From a virus (taxonomy: Duplodnaviria; Caudoviricetes): a DNA stretch of 64,000 nt. Where the stretch lies: the IMG/VR virus record IMGVR_UViG_3300010429_002123. One strand, written 5' to 3'. The notes beneath the pieces are model-generated. The model did no database searches. It had not been told where the DNA came from and worked only from the letters and a program-made list of their open reading frames with translations. The stretch's first letter is position 1; every line of letters starts with the position of its first letter. The position numbers and the translations under genes are program-made. This document shows positions 46,772 to 57,415 of the stretch, one piece after another.

Positions 46772-47593
46772 ATGCAAGAACCCTTAAAAGAAAAATCTAA
46801 AGTACAAAAGTTTGAAATACAGCAAATAAACAGAGCGGATATAAAAAACGCTCCTTATAACCCTAGAAAAATATCAAAACATGCCAAGAGAAAACTAAAA
46901 GATAACCTCGAAAGAGTGGGTCTCTTAGAACCCGTGGTAATAAACAAAAACACAGGAAACCTTGTGTCAGGTCATCAACGCCTGGCGTGTATAGATATAA
47001 TAGAAGGTTCCCCCGGATACTCTCTGGACGTCAGTCTGGTTAATCTAACCGAGCAGGAAGAAAAAGAGCAAAACATCTTCTTTAATAATACCTTTGTCAT
47101 GGGAGACTGGGACTTAGAAGTGCTCTCTACCATGTTCAAAGACCCGGACTTTTCTATAGAAAAAACTGGATTTGACAAACTGGACTTGCAGATTGTCTTT
47201 CCCGAACTTGTGCCCACAGAACAAAATCTGTTCGCCACGGAAAATATGCCGGAGGAGACAAAGGAAGACTTAAAAGAAATATCTCGTATGAAAGAGGAAA
47301 GAAAAAAGCACAAAGAAAAAGTAAGAAAAAGAGACGACACAGAGTTTTATCTGGTGGCTGTCTTTGCGAGCAGAGAGAGAAAAGAAGAGTTTCTGATGAG
47401 TATAGACTATGACCCAACTATGAAGTATGTTGACGGAGAGATTTTGTTCACCGCTGTAGACCCGATGGTAAAAGCTGAAAGACTCTCCGAACAAAAAGAG
47501 ACTGACAGAAAAATGACACAGGAACAGTACGAAGCACTTGTTAACTCCGTCGAAGAACCTGCGAGAGAAGAAGCAACAGTTGAAGAGTATTAG
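46772..47593 (+). CDS. ParB/Srx N-terminal domain protein
   Basis: APYNPRKI...GLLEPVVIN..TGNLVSGHQRL...EKEQNI..N...GDWD. Confidence 0.85.
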   Translation: MQEPLKEKSKVQKFEIQQINRADIKNAPYNPRKISKHAKRKLKDNLERVGLLEPVVINKNTGNLVSGHQRLACIDIIEGSPGYSLDVSLVNLTEQEEKEQNIFFNNTFVMGDWDLEVLSTMFKDPDFSIEKTGFDKLDLQIVFPELVPTEQNLFATENMPEETKEDLKEISRMKEERKKHKEKVRKRDDTEFYLVAVFASRERKEEFLMSIDYDPTMKYVDGEILFTAVDPMVKAERLSEQKETDRKMTQEQYEALVNSVEEPAREEATVEEY

Positions 47594-48255
47594 AGAGAGG
47601 TGTATTACCTATGAAACCTGTAGGGGAACTCAAGGCTCCAGCCGGAAAAAACACAAGACATCTATTTAATAACAGAATCTGGACAGGAATAAACTTCCAG
47701 GTAAACTGTGACCCTAAAAGTTATGATGAAAAAATAGTTCTCATTTACGGTTTAGAGGATACTCAGTTCTCTTCTTCTCTTTTCCGGGCACTCTCCGAAA
47801 TGAAAGAAGACAGTTTATTTATAGCTGTAAGCAGAAGAAAAACGTGGGACGTGTATAAGATAGACAGGTTCGAGTTTTCCCCCGACGGACAGCACATAGT
47901 CTTAAGGGGAAAACTCGCCAACTGGGATTTATAAATTCAGGAAAAAGATGTCTCTGTAATGACTGGGGTAGTCATGGGAAGAAGGTCTTTCGGTCTGAAA
48001 TTCCAACAGTCCAGGTGGTCTTCTTCTGTTCCTATACGTAAGTCATCAAACAGGACTTTAATGGGATAACTAAAACCTTTCGTAACCTCCTGCACGGTGC
48101 CAAGTTCGTTGTTAAAAAAGACAAAATCTACCATGTGTGAGATAACCATTACTCTTGTTCCCACGGGAAACATATCTACCGTGTTGTTAACTGTCTCGTA
48201 TTTCTTTCTGTCAAGTTCACTCGCCTCTCCCAGACTTATACTTTTCTTACTCATG

Positions 48256-48642
48256 TTATACCTCCTCTCTTTCCGGGGGGATTGGCCATATCTTTGGAAT
48301 ACCACCCCCACAGGAAAATGCAGAATCTTCAGTGGGTTCTGCTAACCCTTTTTTATTACGCCCAAGATACTCTTTTCTAAACTTAATAAAATAAATATTA
48401 GAGGCTTGCTTACCTCCCACCCTACGATGTCTTGTCAGAAGGTATCCCTTCTCTTCCAGAGACTTAAGGATTTTTAAAAGGGTTGTCTTTGACATTTTGA
48501 ACATTTCTGCGTAAGATTTCAAGTTTGGGGGTTTGCAGACACCCTTTTCATTATAAGAAAAAAGAGAGGTCATCACACCCACCTCCTCAAGGGTTAAACC
48601 CCCCTCTGCTAAGCTATTAGGTACGTAAAAAACATCTTTCAT
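48256..48642 (-). CDS. winged-HTH (HTH_36-like) replication-initiator-like protein
   Basis: FYVPNSL...MSKTTLLKILKSLEEKGYL...QASNIY; paralogue of 48659..49219. Confidence 0.6.
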   Translation of the reverse strand: MKDVFYVPNSLAEGGLTLEEVGVMTSLFSYNEKGVCKPPNLKSYAEMFKMSKTTLLKILKSLEEKGYLLTRHRRVGGKQASNIYFIKFRKEYLGRNKKGLAEPTEDSAFSCGGGIPKIWPIPPEREEV

Positions 48643-48658
48643 GCGTATGTTCCTCCTT

Positions 48659-49219
48659 CTAAAATTCATTTTCGTTTTCTATTACGATTTCTTCGGCAGT
48701 CTTTGGGAGGTCAAATCTGTTTTTTATTATAGAAATAGTATAGGCTATTTTATCCCGTATGCCTCTCCGTTTGTTACGAGGGTCGCCGAGGGTTATCTTA
48801 AAAGCCTGTTCAAGCACTTCCTGGGGGGAAGTTTCCGGGTATAACTTTTTGTATTTAACGGCTGTATTATATAAGGTTCGAAACTCGCTTTCCTTCAAAT
48901 GTTTCTGAAGAAACTCTGAGGGGGTTGGGTATATGGTGCTTTCCCAGTCCAGTATCGTATACTTATTAGAAGTTTGTCTCCCTCTTACCCATCTTTTCTC
49001 TGCTTGAATGTATCCTTTCTTTTCGAGGGAATGTAAAATTGCTCTTAGCTTGCGTTCACTTATGAACAACTCTTCGCTGAGAGTTTCTATTTTTGGCCAG
49101 CAGTATTTTTTGTTTCTGGAGTAAGTATAGAGAGACAACATTACCAAGATTTCAAAAGGGAGCAGGTCTTTCTTTCTATTTTTGCTCAGACTATTAGGCA
49201 CGATGGTAAAATCTTTCAA
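48659..49219 (-). CDS. winged-HTH (HTH_36-like) replication-initiator-like protein
   Basis: FTIVPNSL...CWPKIETLSEEL.ISERK...LEKKGYI...TSNKY; TTG start after GAGGTGA. Confidence 0.7.
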   Translation of the reverse strand: MKDFTIVPNSLSKNRKKDLLPFEILVMLSLYTYSRNKKYCWPKIETLSEELFISERKLRAILHSLEKKGYIQAEKRWVRGRQTSNKYTILDWESTIYPTPSEFLQKHLKESEFRTLYNTAVKYKKLYPETSPQEVLEQAFKITLGDPRNKRRGIRDKIAYTISIIKNRFDLPKTAEEIVIENENEF

Positions 49220-49234
49220 ATATTCTCACCTCGC

Positions 49235-49263
49235 TTGACAAGTCCCGCTTGGTATGTTACCTT
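49235..49263 (+). promoter_or_regulatory. promoter for a putative antisense RNA
   Basis: TTGACA-17-TACCTT with extended -10; faces the minus-strand promoter. Confidence 0.6.
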
Positions 49264-49349
49264 ATAGGTGTTATTTAAAGCTCTCTGCCTCTGGGCTTCT
49301 AGCTCTTTGGCCGAGAGTTTCTATTTTTTAAAACTTGTCATTTTTTTAT

Positions 49350-49378
49350 AGTCTACTTCAAAACAATCCTCTTGTCAA
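49350..49378 (-). promoter_or_regulatory. promoter for the HTH/rep-like operon
   Basis: TTGACA-17-TAGACT on the minus strand. Confidence 0.65.
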
Positions 49379-49453
49379 TAACCCACAATAAAGAGATTAC
49401 CGTGCTTTTCGCTTTATCTTCAAAACCGAGCAAGTGCCTGCATCCAAAGAAAA

Positions 49454-49811
49454 TATAGACTGCATATCGTGCAGTCTATAAAAACCCGTAAGTAGCGGGG
49501 CTAACCTTGCTTTTTTCTCCCCCATTTTCAAAAATAGACTGCACGCCGTGCAGTCTATAAGAATGGCGGTATATATAGGTTTTCCTTCTTTTTAGGGCTT
49601 TTTTAGCCTATTATAGACTGCATATCGTGCAGTCTATAATGCCATTATAGACTGCATATCGTGCAGTCTATATGTCAAAATAGACTGCATATCGTGCAGT
49701 CTATAAAAAGTAAAAAGTAAAAAATGTTTTGTAAAAATTAGTAAAGAGAAACCGTTACGGTGTAAGGAGAAGAACTCTCTTTTTATAAAAATATAGACTG
49801 CACGCTGTGCA
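49454..49811. repeat. palindromic iteron-like repeats TATAGACTGCA-N5-TGCAGTCTATA (5 full, 1 partial); candidate replication origin
   Basis: Copies at 49454, 49534, 49612, 49646, 49680, 49792 in an ORF-free AT-rich interval. Confidence 0.85.
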
Positions 49812-50030
49812 CCCTAAGGATAATTAAAAAGAATAAATGAAAAAGATTCTAAAAAGAAGCAATGATAATTGAATAAAACATTGATTCAAGAATAAGAACA
49901 CATTGTGAGAGGGGGGAAAATTTTTTTCGGGAACCCGATACCCACCCCGTGCCCCCGCATAAGGGTAGGGGAGCAACTCGCGTCAAATGCTGGAGGTGCT
50001 GACAAAGTTAACTTATTTTTACAAAAAGTA

Positions 50031-50059
50031 TTGACATTTACAAAACACTGTAGTATACT
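50031..50059 (+). promoter_or_regulatory. promoter with shared UP motif
   Basis: TTTTTACAAAAAGTA-TTGACA-17-TATACT. Confidence 0.85.
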
Positions 50060-50377
50060 GATTGTAGTGAAAGAAACAAAACTGAATGGAGGAACGTAAA
50101 ATGTTTGAAGAAGAAAGAGAAAATAGATTTAAAGATGAGAGAACCTGTGCGTGTGGTCTTCCCACACGCAAAAGGGAAGAATACACCAATCACCTGGTGG
50201 GAAAAACCGAACACACCGGCCTCTATGAGTGTCAGTGTGGCCAGACCACCGTGGTAACTGAAACTTTAGACGCGACAAGAGAAAGAAAGGTCTCTGTAGA
50301 GACCATAGAATAAAAAGAAGGGCTTTCGCCCTTTCTTAGTTTGGAGGAAAAAACATGAATAAAAGGGGGAAATGTAA

Positions 50378-50845
50378 ATGAGATACTTCGCAAAGTTTGA
50401 ACTCGGAACAGAGAACGTCCTTTCTGAAATGGGAGGACAATTTGAAATAGTGGCAGAAACCGCCACGTGTGTTGTGTTCGACCTTGAAAACGAAATGTCA
50501 GGTCTGCAGGAACAGAATCTTAACGCAAAAGCTGGAGTTCTGGAATACGGGCAGAACCCGGACGAGATTACTCTTTACTTCAACCTTGATGAAAAGGCTG
50601 AGGAACCATCAGAAGTAACAGGGAGTGAGGACTTCTCAAGTGAAGACCTGATAGAAAGAGGTGTGTGGTCTCAAGAAGACAGGGCTTATAAAGTTCTGTT
50701 CACCCGTGAGCCTGACTTTTTCTGTGAGTGCGGAGGATTTTCCTATGGTTGGGGCGCCTCAATGTGTCCGGTGTGCTTTTCAAAAAATCTTCTCCGTGAC
50801 TCCAGGATAAAGAACTTCTGGTTTGAAGGGCTACAAAATATATAG
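50378..50845 (+). CDS. hypothetical protein with C-terminal Zn ribbon
   Basis: CECGG...CPVC; SD AAGGGGG. Confidence 0.55.
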   Translation: MRYFAKFELGTENVLSEMGGQFEIVAETATCVVFDLENEMSGLQEQNLNAKAGVLEYGQNPDEITLYFNLDEKAEEPSEVTGSEDFSSEDLIERGVWSQEDRAYKVLFTREPDFFCECGGFSYGWGASMCPVCFSKNLLRDSRIKNFWFEGLQNI

Positions 50846-50864
50846 CCATTTTTTACAAAAAGTA

Positions 50865-50894
50865 TTGACAACTGCTACCCACACGTGGTATAAT
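50865..50894 (+). promoter_or_regulatory. promoter with shared UP motif, followed by GGA hairpins (50910-50966)
   Basis: TTGACA-18-TATAAT. Confidence 0.85.
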
Positions 50895-50973
50895 ATAAAA
50901 AGTGAAAGAAACAAAAAGGATTTTTGTTGACACAAAAAGGATTTTTGTTGACACAAAAAGGAGGAGAACGTAT

Positions 50974-52113
50974 ATGGAGGAGACATTCACAGCTACAACG
51001 GAGAAGGGTGAGGAGGAACTCACCCGGCAATTAGGAGAGGCCAAAGAGCCTCGATACACCCCCAGAAATATATTCGAATTCCAAGAGGGAGAAAAAATAG
51101 CAGGTATGAACTCCCTTATGGAACTGGCAAAAAATTACACAACCGATTGCAAAGACATTACTATCCCGGCAGATTCACTCCGGGTTATGACGACAGAGGA
51201 TAACAAACTTCTCATAACAGACACTTTCCCAGAAGAAGAAACTCAGGTTATGTCCAGCCTGAGTAGATGGTCTTTAGACCAGCTCTGTAACCGCTACGGA
51301 ATTCCGGTAAGATACATGAGAAAATGTATGCTGGCAAAAAGACTTGACCTATTAAAAGGAAACATAAATGGCTGGCTATCGAGGGATACAAAACCAGTAT
51401 TTCTCCGTTCCTACAGAGACAGAGTAAGAGGGTTTCTTTCCTCGAAATTCGTCCCGTTCGACAGTATAGACGTTCTGAACTGCCTGCAGGAATTACCCCA
51501 AATTCCTTACCAGAGGTTTTCTGTGCAGGCCAGCTATCTTGATGAAGAAAGAATAAACCTTCGTCTGGTAGATGTGGTTCCTCTGAACCTGGAAAACGAC
51601 AAATTATATGTAGGGCTGAACATAAGAGACAGTGACGTGGGAAAGTCAAGTTTTGAGGCGGGTATCTATATTTTCAGACTGGTGTGTCAGAATGGCCTTA
51701 TGACTAAAAACAGTGAGGGTTACTGCTGGACACGAAAACACGTGGGGCTAAGTCGGGAAATGTTCTTTGAAAACCTCGGCAGAATAGTAACTAATATGAA
51801 TCAGGTAAGGCATATAATAGAATATCACTACAAAAACCTTCAAAAACCAATAACCAAAATCGAGATGTCTGACCTGATTACCGGAGCTATACAAAAGCTG
51901 GAACTCGCTGAAGAAAAAGCCTTCGAGATAGAAACCTTAACAGAAGAGAAATACACTGTAAGTACATACGGATTTATAAATGCTCTTACAGAGATAGCTC
52001 AGACCTACGCTATCGAAAAAAGAGAAAGGATAGAGACTTACGCCGGGACATTCTTGCCGATGTCTGCCCCGGAAAAACCAGAGGAGGAACTTGTGTATGA
52101 AATGGTAAGCTAA
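50974..52113 (+). CDS. DUF932-like protein
   Basis: QLCNRYGIP..Y, RGFLSSKF, DSDVGKSS, FRLVCQNGL, RKH. Confidence 0.7.
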   Translation: MEETFTATTEKGEEELTRQLGEAKEPRYTPRNIFEFQEGEKIAGMNSLMELAKNYTTDCKDITIPADSLRVMTTEDNKLLITDTFPEEETQVMSSLSRWSLDQLCNRYGIPVRYMRKCMLAKRLDLLKGNINGWLSRDTKPVFLRSYRDRVRGFLSSKFVPFDSIDVLNCLQELPQIPYQRFSVQASYLDEERINLRLVDVVPLNLENDKLYVGLNIRDSDVGKSSFEAGIYIFRLVCQNGLMTKNSEGYCWTRKHVGLSREMFFENLGRIVTNMNQVRHIIEYHYKNLQKPITKIEMSDLITGAIQKLELAEEKAFEIETLTEEKYTVSTYGFINALTEIAQTYAIEKRERIETYAGTFLPMSAPEKPEEELVYEMVS

Positions 52114-52125
52114 TAAAAAACAAAA

Positions 52126-52159
52126 GAAGGGTTACCTACAGCAGGTAACCCTCTTCTTA
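52126..52159 (+). terminator. intrinsic terminator
   Basis: AGGGTTACCT-ACAGC-AGGTAACCCT followed by CTTCTT. Confidence 0.65.
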
Positions 52160-52706
52160 TTAAGGAGTGTGCCTACGTTATGGATACAGAAAATCCTATG
52201 AGCTCGCGGGTTATAGACGGGCGAAAAAGAAAGGAAATGAAAAAGAAGGGAAAACCTCCGGTCTTTGACAAAGAAAAACTAAAGAAGTTTCTTTTAGACC
52301 TTGACTCTTTCTTTGAAACCCACAGAGACGTTCTTCTTGATAACAACGGAAGGTTTTCTTTTAAAATAAGAGGTTTAAAAAACTGCGGGTTTACCCACAT
52401 AAACAACCCGGAGGACGTCTGTGACCTTGTAGAGATGACAGTGGAAAATTACTTTGATGAAATTCATATCTCTTATTATTACACCTCAAGGGGTGACAAA
52501 AAGAAAATAAGGTATCACAATTACATAGATGAGTCTTTAAAGGAGATATGCTTTCTGGAAGGGGGAGGAATAACTGACAAAAAAACCCGAACCCAAAAGG
52601 AAGGTTCGACAAACGAAGACCTAAAAAAAGAGGTGGATAAACTCATAGACTCATGTTACAGGGTTTCTTCAGAACCCTTTTGACAAAAAGAAAGAGAGGA
52701 AATATT

Positions 52707-53879
52707 ATGGCGAGAGACAAATCCAAAAAACTGGAAGAGTTCATACAGACCCTAAGGGTCTCTTCCTTTACCGTGGAAGAACTGCTGGCCTACCCGGAAG
52801 TAAAAAAGATAGGTCTTGTGAGGGGAAGTGTCATACACCTTCTTACTTCCCTGATGAAGAAGGGCATTATTTCAAAAAGTCCTATGCGGGCTACGGACGG
52901 AGAAGGAAGGAAAAGAACTCTGACTTACTTAATACGAAGAGAGAGAGAAGAGAAAGAGGAGAGAGAAGAGAAAGAGGAGAGAGAAGAGAGAGAAGTAACC
53001 GACGAACCCCTGCAGACTGAGGAAGAAAAAACAGATTCTATGGTTTCTTACAGCGGATACTTGCTTGGCCAGGAGTTTAATGAATCTTCATTAAAATCTC
53101 TGAAAGAACTTGCTGGCAACTTTAATGAGGGTGTGAAAGAGGCCACAAAAAACTTTTGTGAGAAAGAAAAGAAAGATACATTGCTATTTCCCCCGTCTTC
53201 TGTCTCCTTTGGAGGAAGTTCCGGGCTCTTACAGCAACTCGGAGAAGCCTTAGAGGAGATAGTAAAAAGGGAAAGCAATGCTCTTCTTACCTCTGCCGAG
53301 CGTGTTCACGCCTATGAAATAGGGTGTGTAAAGGAAGACTTAAAAAGTAAAGAAGAAGAGTTACTGGCTTTAAAAACAGAGTTAGAGAAACTGAAAAACT
53401 CTCTGTCTCTCTCAGAGGAGAAGACAAAACTAACAGAGGCTGGTTACACTGATGTCGAGGAAGTTCTTTCTGCCCTGAGGAAAAACCGGGAGGAAAATCT
53501 TTCTCTATCAGCGGAGAAAGACAAACTTCTGGCTGAGATAAAAAAGATGGTTGACCTGGGAAAACAAACCGCCGAAGGCTGGGAAGAAGCGGAGAGTTCT
53601 CGGAAGTCTATTAAACTTACCCTTAAGAGTCTCGAAAAAGAAAAAACAAAACTTCAGAAAGAACTTGACGAAGCAAAAAACCTTTTACAAAAAAGTCAAG
53701 AAGAGATAAAAACTATGAAGAATGACAGGTTGGCTCTTATTGCGAAAAAACAGAAGGACGTCGCCACGGTCGAATTTGTAACTAAAAATAACTTTAAAAT
53801 CGAGATGGAAAAGATTACTACATATTACGAAGAGAAAATCAGAGTTCTTCAAAAAACTCTGGAAGAACGGGGGAGGTAG
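52707..53879 (+). CDS. coiled-coil protein with N-terminal winged-helix-like region
   Basis: LVRGSVIHLLTSLMKKGIISK; long heptad region; architecture like 32877..34154. Confidence 0.55.
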   Translation: MARDKSKKLEEFIQTLRVSSFTVEELLAYPEVKKIGLVRGSVIHLLTSLMKKGIISKSPMRATDGEGRKRTLTYLIRREREEKEEREEKEEREEREVTDEPLQTEEEKTDSMVSYSGYLLGQEFNESSLKSLKELAGNFNEGVKEATKNFCEKEKKDTLLFPPSSVSFGGSSGLLQQLGEALEEIVKRESNALLTSAERVHAYEIGCVKEDLKSKEEELLALKTELEKLKNSLSLSEEKTKLTEAGYTDVEEVLSALRKNREENLSLSAEKDKLLAEIKKMVDLGKQTAEGWEEAESSRKSIKLTLKSLEKEKTKLQKELDEAKNLLQKSQEEIKTMKNDRLALIAKKQKDVATVEFVTKNNFKIEMEKITTYYEEKIRVLQKTLEERGR

Positions 53880-54628
53880 AAAATGAACAGGTCGCAGGTT
53901 AAAAAATCTCTTGATTTCAGTCAAATTATCTTTAAAGATTACAGTGCTTTTAGAGACTTACTCAGAGAACGAACGAGAGAAGTAGAAGCGGGAGAAACTA
54001 TTTGTATAAATAAGCAGACACATAGTCTTATCTACAGAGACTCCCTTCTTTCGTGTCCTCATATAAACTTTGATAACTCCTGGGAGTATGAGTTCAATCC
54101 CCTCGGAAGTGTGGCAAAAGTGTTTACCCAGGACAGGGAGTGTAAGAAAACCGGTTACAATGTTATCGTGTGTGAAGACCCTTCGTATAAAGACAGTATG
54201 ATAGGCTACTCTTCTTCAGACACTACGGGGGCTCTTATGCTACTGGAGAAGTATGAAGACTTGACTACAAAACCTCTGGCTCAAAAACCGGAAGACCTCG
54301 CACGGGAGTTTGAAGAATACCTGAGAGTAAACACCGCTTTGAAGAACACTATAGCAAGTTTGTTAACCCTTATGGAGTGTTCAAAAAAAGATAACTCTTA
54401 ACCGGGGAGGGATGGCTATGTCCTATTTAAAAAACTGATAGACTCCGAGTTCTGTGAAGAGCGGGAACTTCTGGAGGAAGACCTGTTGGAGATACGAAGA
54501 ATATTAAAAAAGCTCTTCAAAAAAGCCGAAGAGAAAGCAAAGGCGGATATAAATAACCTGTCTGTTTCCCTGAAGGCTTTCGACACTTCCTGGGTGGAAG
54601 ACCGCCTATAGTATTTGTAAAAAATGGC

Positions 54629-54657
54629 TTGACATTTTGTCTGAAAAAGCGTATAAT
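54629..54657 (+). promoter_or_regulatory. sigma70/sigmaA-type promoter
   Basis: TTGACA-17-TATAAT. Confidence 0.85.
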
Positions 54658-54688
54658 AAAACAGTAGTGAAAAAGAAAGGAGCCCCAT

Positions 54689-55606
54689 ATGAGTCTTAAA
54701 GAACTGCTTTGCCTGCGGAAGTTGCATTCCTCAGAAGAAGGCACCCTGAGAGTAAGGTTTTTTAAATACCTTGAAAGTCTGAATAAAAAACCACGAACCC
54801 GCTCAATAAATGAACTGCACCCCTCGGAAATCGCAAAAGGTTTTTGTCCGAGAGAGTGGTGTATTCTTCAGTCTCACATAGACCTGTATAACTTTCACGT
54901 GCCTCCGAAAACCCGAATAGCCTTTGACGTAGGCTCAGCTCTGCATGAAATGATGCAGAACTACCTGGCAGACATGGGTGTTCTAATAGGTTACTACAGA
55001 TGCAAAGAGTGCAGGCATGTTACACAGAGTATAGGGAAAAAACCTGGGGTGTGCTCAAAATGTGACTGCCACGTTTTCGAATATAAAGAAATCACAATAG
55101 TAAACAAGCTCTGGAACATCTTTGGTCACTGTGATGGGCTGGTTGAAATGGACGGAAAACTTTACCTGTTTGAGTTTAAGACCAGCAGGTCTGACGTGTT
55201 AAGAGGCATGGTAAAACCTCTGGACTGGCATGTAAACCAGGCCAGAATTTACATGTGGTCTTATAACATTATGCGTCAGGAACAGAGAGAGCTTTATGAA
55301 CAAAATACCTCAGACATCACCGAGGAAACCTATTACTTCTATAGAAGACCTATCGAAGGAATGATTATCTGGTATTTAGACAAAAATTACTCGGACATTG
55401 TAGACTTCAATGGTTCAATCATTCGTTTTGATATGGAGGCCGAAACTTATATAGAAAGTTTAAAAGTCCAGATATTAAAATGTCTTGACTTTATAAAAAC
55501 AGGAGTTCTTCCCGAACCCTGTTGCAGTAAGAGAAATCTGGCAGAAGGTTTAGCTTTTATGGGTTCTTCCGGTAGCAAATGCCGGGTAAGTGATTACTGT
55601 GTTTAG
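54689..55606 (+). CDS. Cas4-like / PD-(D/E)XK exonuclease
   Basis: HPSE..FCPR, G.ALHE, GHCDG, FEFKT, QARIYM, C-terminal cysteines. Confidence 0.8.
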   Translation: MSLKELLCLRKLHSSEEGTLRVRFFKYLESLNKKPRTRSINELHPSEIAKGFCPREWCILQSHIDLYNFHVPPKTRIAFDVGSALHEMMQNYLADMGVLIGYYRCKECRHVTQSIGKKPGVCSKCDCHVFEYKEITIVNKLWNIFGHCDGLVEMDGKLYLFEFKTSRSDVLRGMVKPLDWHVNQARIYMWSYNIMRQEQRELYEQNTSDITEETYYFYRRPIEGMIIWYLDKNYSDIVDFNGSIIRFDMEAETYIESLKVQILKCLDFIKTGVLPEPCCSKRNLAEGLAFMGSSGSKCRVSDYCV

Positions 55607-55630
55607 AATGTCACCTAAGATTTTATTTAA

Positions 55631-55700
55631 GAGGATTTTTGTTACCACAAAAAGGATTTTTGTTACCACAAAAAGGATTTTTGTTACCACAAAAAGGAGG
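55631..55700 (+). promoter_or_regulatory. tandem GGA-loop hairpins ending in the SD
   Basis: ACAAAAA-GGA-TTTTTGT units; ATG at 55708. Confidence 0.78.
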
Positions 55701-57415
55701 AAGTAAAATGGCTCATGTAGAATTTTTAAACAGACAAAACCGGGCAGAGGTTTTAACCCCCCAGTCAGACACGGAAAAGGCGAAATGTCTTTTCTGCAGA
55801 GATAACTTTTCTCTTGTCAGAGAAATAATTACAGGTTTTTTCGGCATAGAAGAAACCCCAACTGTCTCTTCCCGAAAGGGGCAAAGGTCAGAGATTCTGA
55901 CGGAAGAATAGAGGTGTAAAGATGGGATGTAGAAACGTGCACAGGCAAAAAAACTATAAGGGTTCAAGCACAAATCTTAGCCCTGACCCGGACAAAGGCC
56001 GGAAGGTTCTGCACTTGATAAACAATCAGATGTTTTCTAACGTAGGGTTTAGAGAAGTTCGCACAGGAAACCTCGAAGACAAACCCTATGACTGGAGATT
56101 AATATACTGCTATGACGAACAGAATATAAGTTCAAAAGTGTTCTTCTCTGAGATGGAGAAACTACTCGAACAGGTACATAGGGCAGAGTGCCCCTTAATC
56201 TATATAGCGGTCTGTCATAAGGTTAACTGGCACTTATTTGAAGTGCAAGAGTATGAGTATGAAAAAGAAAAACAGATAATTCTTCATTGCAGGCTCTGGA
56301 GTTAAAATCATGTTTGAAATAGGAAAAACCTACAAACACCTTTTTACAGGCGAGCTTCTCCTGGTTATAGGAATAGGTATGCCTGACTTAACTGACCCGG
56401 CAAAAAATAAGTATTTTGGAAGAACGGGAGAAGGAGAAATAAAAAAACTCACAGGGGGTAACTACTTACAATGGGAGTATTTTCCCGAGATTGAGGGAGT
56501 TCCTCAGCACACTGTAGACACCTACGGTACCTATGGAAAAAGAGAGGGCTCCCTTTTGGGTTCTGATATTGAGCGAATATGTACGGAAGTTTTAATAATA
56601 GATGTGTCACTGAGTGTGAACTAGAGAAACTGAGAGGTGTGTTATTGTGCTTTTCTGGACAAAAACTGTATATTTGTCCTCTTCCCCGGAAGACAGGCTG
56701 ACCCTAAGGGAAGTAGAGGGTGAGTGTTTTCGTATGGAGCCCTGTTCTCCCGGAGAGGGAGCAGATGCTCAAATTACCCGTGCTCTGGGACACATACCAA
56801 GAGAAAAAAAGCGTCTGAGAAAGCGGAAAAGAAACGACAAGAAAAAAGCGAAGTATATCTTACTTTTCTCAGAAACAAAAGGGGAATTTGAACCCTTTAC
56901 CCTGCTAAGAAAAAAATCAGACGTCGCTTTTAACTTAAAGCCCCATATTCTCCAGCTCTTAGGAGACCCCACAGGTTCTTACGTTTTCCTTTCTTTAAAC
57001 GAGGCTGAAAACTTTGTCTCCTCTATCATATGTCCCCACGGTTGGGTGAACTGTGGAACCTGCAGGAACATAAAACCTGATGAGTATAAAGTAACCCCTG
57101 AGTTCGTGGCGAGAGCGAGGGGAGCGAAGAAACTCCAGAGACAAATCCGAAGTTTACCGGAAATAACTGAAGTTCCGGTGAAAAAGAGGTGAATATAACC
57201 TGTTTCCATTTCTTCTGTCCCTTTTATTCCAACAGGTCATTACCCACACCGAAGTCAATAAGTTTCTTTATTGCAGGATTTTAAATAACCCTGAAGAAAG
57301 CTACTAAAAAGAGTTAGACGCTTGATGATAAAAAGTGAAACCGTAAAATAGTAAGACAGCAAACTAATAAGACAGTAAAATAGTAAAATAGTAAAAAAGA
57401 AAGAGAGGAACATAA

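Noticed and set aside
49454-49811. 27-bp palindromes as a CRISPR array
   Set aside because: Irregular spacing (about 7-90 bp) and perfect dyad symmetry fit protein-binding sites better
52936-52995. 18-bp purine tandem repeat (EEKEER) and the 9-bp repeat at 16864
   Set aside because: In-frame low-complexity slippage repeats with no sign of a separate function
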